A stretch of DNA of 64,000 nucleotides, taken from NCBI GenBank assembly GCA_016618085.1, contig JABLTG010000028.1, positions 1 through 64,000 on the forward strand, given 5' to 3'. Origin of the DNA: Neovahlkampfia damariscottae (lineage: Eukaryota). The notes under the pieces are model-generated. The model was not told the DNA's origin. It saw only the letters and a list, made by a program, of their open reading frames with translations, and did not search any database. Shown here piece after piece: positions 59,931-64,000 of the stretch (position 1 is its first letter; every line of letters begins with the position of its first letter). Both the position numbers and the translations under genes were made by a program.

Positions 59931-60098
59931 CAGAAAACAAAAAGATAAAATTTTGAGATATTTCATAACATCCAATCATTTTTTCTGTTGAGTCTAAAAA
60001 CACCACAAAATGAAGTTACAAACTCTGTTCTAAATTGAAAATTTTATCTTTTTGTTTTCTTAAAGTGTTTTGATTGGTCGAATTATCAAGTGAAAAAA

Positions 60099-61439
60099 AT
60101 GATGAAAAAAGCAATTCAACGTTCTTTTTCAAAATCTATCGTAAAAAGAGATGCTCTCAAAGATGCTCTTAATACTCAAATTTCTGAAATTAGAGAAGCA
60201 GGTCTTTACAAAAAAGAAAGAGTTATCACTTCAGCTCAAGATGCATCCATTAACGTTTCAACTTCAAAAGATAAAGTTTTAAACTTTTGTGCTAATAATT
60301 ATCTTGGTTTAAGTGACCATCCTGAAGTTTTAAAATCTGCACAAGAAACTTTAAAAACACACGGTTTTGGTATGTCTTCTGTTAGATTTATTTGTGGAAC
60401 ACAAGTACAGCTTAAATTGATTAATATTTTTAGGATATTCATAAAGAATTAGAACAAAAAATTTCAAAATTTCATTCTACCGATGACACAATTTTATACC
60501 CTTCTTGTTTTGATGCAAATGCTGGTCTTTTTGAAGCAATTTTAACAAATGAAGTTTTAAAATAGAATATTTTTAACGTTTATTTTTAAAGGATGCTGTT
60601 ATTTCAGATTCACTTAATCATGCTTCTATTATTGATGGAATTAGACTTTGTAAAGCAAAAAGATTTCGTTATGAACATATGGACATGAAAGATTTAGAAA
60701 AAAAACTTCAAGAATCACAAGATTCTAGAATTAGATTAGTCGCAACTGATGGTGTATTTTCAATGGGTAAAAAAAAAAAAAATTTATATTCATTCAATAA
60801 GATGGTGATGTTGCTCCTTTGGATAAAATTGCAGAATTATGTGAAAAATACAATGCTAACCTTTTCATTGATGAATGTCATGCTACAGGTTTTTATGGAA
60901 AAACTGGAAGAGGAACTCCTGAATATTTTGGAATTCAAGAAAAAGTTGATGTTATAAATTCAACTCTTGGAAAAGCATTAGGTGGTGGAACAGGTGGATA
61001 TACAACTGGAAGAAAAGAAATTGTTGAGATTTTACGTCAAAAAGCTCGTCCATATTTATTTTCAAATTCAATTGCCCCACCTATCGCAGGTGCAAGTATT
61101 ACTGTTTTTGATATGCTCATGAAAGATACTTCATTAAGAGATAAATTGTTCAACAACACACAAATTTTCAGATCTAAAATGAAAGAAGCAGGATTTACAA
61201 TTATTGGAGACCCAAATTCACCTATTGTTCCAGTCATGTTTGGTGATGCAAAATTAGCTGCTGATTTCTCAGATGATTTATTGGAAAGAGGAATTTATGT
61301 AATCGGATTTTCATTTCCAGTTGTCCCAAAAGGAAAGGCAAGAATTAGAGTTCAATTAAGTGCTGCTCATACAGAAGAACAAATTGAAAAAACAGTCAAT
61401 GCATTTATTGAAGTTGGAAAAAAAAGAAATGTCATTTAA
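60099..61439 (+). CDS. GCAT: Glycine C-acetyltransferase (2-amino-3-ketobutyrate CoA ligase), likely mitochondrial
   Basis: [45 protein letters not shown] and ARIRVQLSA. Confidence 0.96.
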
Positions 61440-61542
61440 AAATAAATTCTTTCTGAAAACTCTAGTTACTTTTCCATCCAATCAAAATGATTTCTAATCA
61501 CTTCTTTTATCCAATCAAACTATTTTAGTGACTTTTTGGAAA

Positions 61543-63381
61543 ATGCAATCAAAATTACTTGTTCTCTTTGCTTTATTCATCAGTTATGCTGTTGCTCAAG
61601 AAGAACTTCATGGTGCAAGAAATATTAATCGTGGTTATGATTTTCATCAAGGTGGTCAAGTTCCAATTGAAAAAGTAAACAAAAATATAAATTAAACTTT
61701 TTAGGCAAAAGCACCAATTTATAAATATGATTATTCAGCTCCAAGATATTATTCACCACCAACAAGACCAGATATTAAATTTAAATATCCAAAAGAACTT
61801 ATTGTTCGTCCACAAATTCAATTAATTGAGTTCGCAAAAACAAATAAAACTCTAACCATATTTAGAAACAAAACAAGTGAATTTATGCAAAATTTTCTTC
61901 ATATTGCTAAATACGAAGTTTCAAGATCTTCATTTGGTCTCAGTTTAAATGTAATTAAATTTGCTGTTGGATTTCAATATGCAAAAGAATATGGAAAAAT
62001 TAAAGAGATTTTGAGATCAAAAATTACAGCAACAACAAGAGGTGTTTATTATAGAAGTCTTTATAGAGTTGATAGTCTTCCTCCAATGTTTATGAAACTT
62101 GGAGATGATTATAAACTAACAGTTGATTATTTACCTGTTAAACCAACTCCTGGTGACAAAGAAAAATATGAAAACGTTTTAGATTATTTTGGAGGTTTTT
62201 ATTTACAAAGAGGTATTTTTGGTGGAAGAGTCAGACTTTTCACATTCTTAAAACAAGAAATCACAAGAGATAGAGATGAAAAATGGACAAGTACACAATT
62301 ACAATTAAGTTTCCATTATAACATGTTTGGTGTTTCAGGTGGTGGTTTTAGAAGAAGACAAGATATTAAAATTGATGAACATTTCAAAAAATTCTCTGAA
62401 TCATTTGTTGCTTACACAGGTGGATTTAGAAAATTCCATGATCAAGATAAATTAAAAGAATGGGAAGGATCAGTTAATGAATCTCAAGATTTATTGGAAG
62501 GTGATATGAAACCTCTTTCAGATCATATTAATAACTCTCCTGTCAAAAAAAAAAATTTTGAACAAATTATTAAAAAATATTCAGAAGAAGGAAAAGTCAT
62601 TATTAATAATGTTATTACTGCAGACTCTTTATTAGGATATTCATTTGATGCAAAAACAATGAGTATTCAACATCCAGTTGTAGATTCTTCAAATGTTTTA
62701 TCAACAGGAGTTGCTTCATCAATTGTAATGCAAAGTAAAAATATTACCTATGGAACAGAATCAAAACAAGATTTTCAAAAATATATTTCAAAAGATTTGG
62801 TTTCTGAATTTAAAAAAGGATATGCTTCTTGGACAAGAGATTTGATTGAATTAGAAGAAAATGAAAATATCCATATTGCAGAAAGAAAAATTGTTTTAAG
62901 AGAATTAAAATTAAAATCAATGCCTACAAAATATTCAGTTAAATTTAATGAAGCAATTGAAATGCTTCCTTCAAAATTTGATGAACAAATTTATCTTGGA
63001 TTTGTTGAAGCATGGGGTACTCATTTTGTAAATTCAGTTCAAATTGGTGGTTCAATTAAAGTTTCAGTTCAATTGAAAAAATCATTCATTTCAGAAATTA
63101 GTTCACAAGATGAATCAAAACAAATTTTAAAAAATGTTATTGAAAATTCAAAATATAATTTCAAAAAAGATTCAAATATTGAAAAATTATTGAAAGATAA
63201 CTTAAATGTAAAAGTACATTATAAAGGTGGAAGAAGAGTTTCTGGATGGAATCAATTCATTCAATCTGTAAAACAAGAACCTGAAGTGTTAAAATTTGGT
63301 ATTATTCCTCTTTCTTCTATGATTAAAGATGATTTAAAAAGACAAAATTTAGAAAAATTCATTCAACAATATTTTGAATAA
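61543..63381 (+). CDS. Secreted protein with two tandem MACPF domains
   Basis: Signal peptide MQSKLLVLFALF. Signatures YFGGFYLQRGIFGG and WGTHFVNSVQIGG, each followed by [YF].GG...W..SV. Confidence 0.85.
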
Positions 63382-63450
63382 ACTTTTTTTGTTTTAAATT
63401 AACCAATCATTTCTAATTATTTCTTTAACTCTAATTGGTCGATTTTACTG

Positions 63451-64000
63451 ATGAAGTTTACTCGTTTAATAGTTCTTTTGGTATTGTTATTGGCATTTGT
63501 TCAATTTACTTATGCAAGAGAAATTGAAGATTTAGATGATGATGATTATGAAGAAGCTCTTGATGAAAATATTCAAGCAAATACTCTTTGGAGTATTAAA
63601 AGGTCTTTTAATGACAAAGCGGATCGAGCAAAAAGATGGGCTGCTGATAAAGCAAGGAGAGCAAAAATAGTTGCAGATAAGGCAAGAAGAGCGAAAGAGG
63701 CAGCTGAAAGATGGGCAGCTGAAAAAGCTAGAAGAGTTAAAGCCGCAGCTTTGAAAGCAAAAAGAGCAACTCAAGAAAAATTAAGAATTGCTAAAGCGAA
63801 AGCAGCTGAAAAATTGAGAATAGCAAGAGCAAAAGCAGCAGCTAAAGCAAAAGCAGCACTTGAAGCAGCAAAAAGATTCGCAGCTGAAAAAGCAAGAAGA
63901 GCAAAAGCAGCAATGGTTGAAAAAGCAAGAAAAGCTAAAGAAGCAGCAGAAAAAGCGAAAAAAGTTGCTGCTGAAAAAATTAGAAAAATTAAAGCCGCAG
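63451..64000 (+). CDS. Secreted protein with signal peptide, acidic spacer and Ala/Lys/Arg-rich helical repeats; 3' partial, not in the ORF track
   Basis: MKFTRLIVLLVLLLAFVQFTYA-REIEDLDDDDYEEALDE-...RAKRWAADKARRAK..., open to the window end. Confidence 0.85.
   Translation, partial: MKFTRLIVLLVLLLAFVQFTYAREIEDLDDDDYEEALDENIQANTLWSIKRSFNDKADRAKRWAADKARRAKIVADKARRAKEAAERWAAEKARRVKAAALKAKRATQEKLRIAKAKAAEKLRIARAKAAAKAKAALEAAKRFAAEKARRAKAAMVEKARKAKEAAEKAKKVAAEKIRKIKAA

Noticed and set aside
1..64000. Alternative genetic code, and the many antisense ORFs in the track
   Set aside because: TAA/TAG/TGA end conserved proteins at the expected places and internal stops fall in introns. The antisense ORFs are shadows of real genes.

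Overview
AT-rich, very compact eukaryotic (protist) genomic DNA in the standard code, with about 40 densely packed genes. Genes are split by tiny (~27-40 nt) GT-AG introns and almost all have a CCAAT/ATTGG box just upstream of the start codon. The 7TM-RGS gene, TALE homeoboxes and tiny introns fit a heterolobosean-like amoeba (inference only). The first ~5.2 kb is a decayed, intronless endogenous virophage/Polinton-like element. It has a papain-like peptidase, a virophage-type capsid gene, frameshifted GIY-YIG and A32 ATPase genes, and a CTACTACT terminus. Housekeeping genes include FBPase, MOB1, IST1, TMF1, glycine C-acetyltransferase, a P450, a carotenoid oxygenase, an SDR and a START protein. 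The most unusual architecture is a ~1240-aa protein with eight tandem Snf7/ESCRT-III-like hairpins fused to two fascin-like beta-trefoils, ~3.4 kb from IST1. Others are a head-to-head pair of 2-TM channel-like genes (one tandem dimer, one monomer), a Kelch-pseudo-Galpha fusion, an OTU-GTPase fusion, an ERI1-phosphatase fusion, a disrupted HxE/CxxC deaminase, and a double-MACPF gene next to a secreted cationic helical protein. All family calls come from motif recognition by eye; no searches were run. Several frameshifts lie in homopolymers and may be assembly errors.
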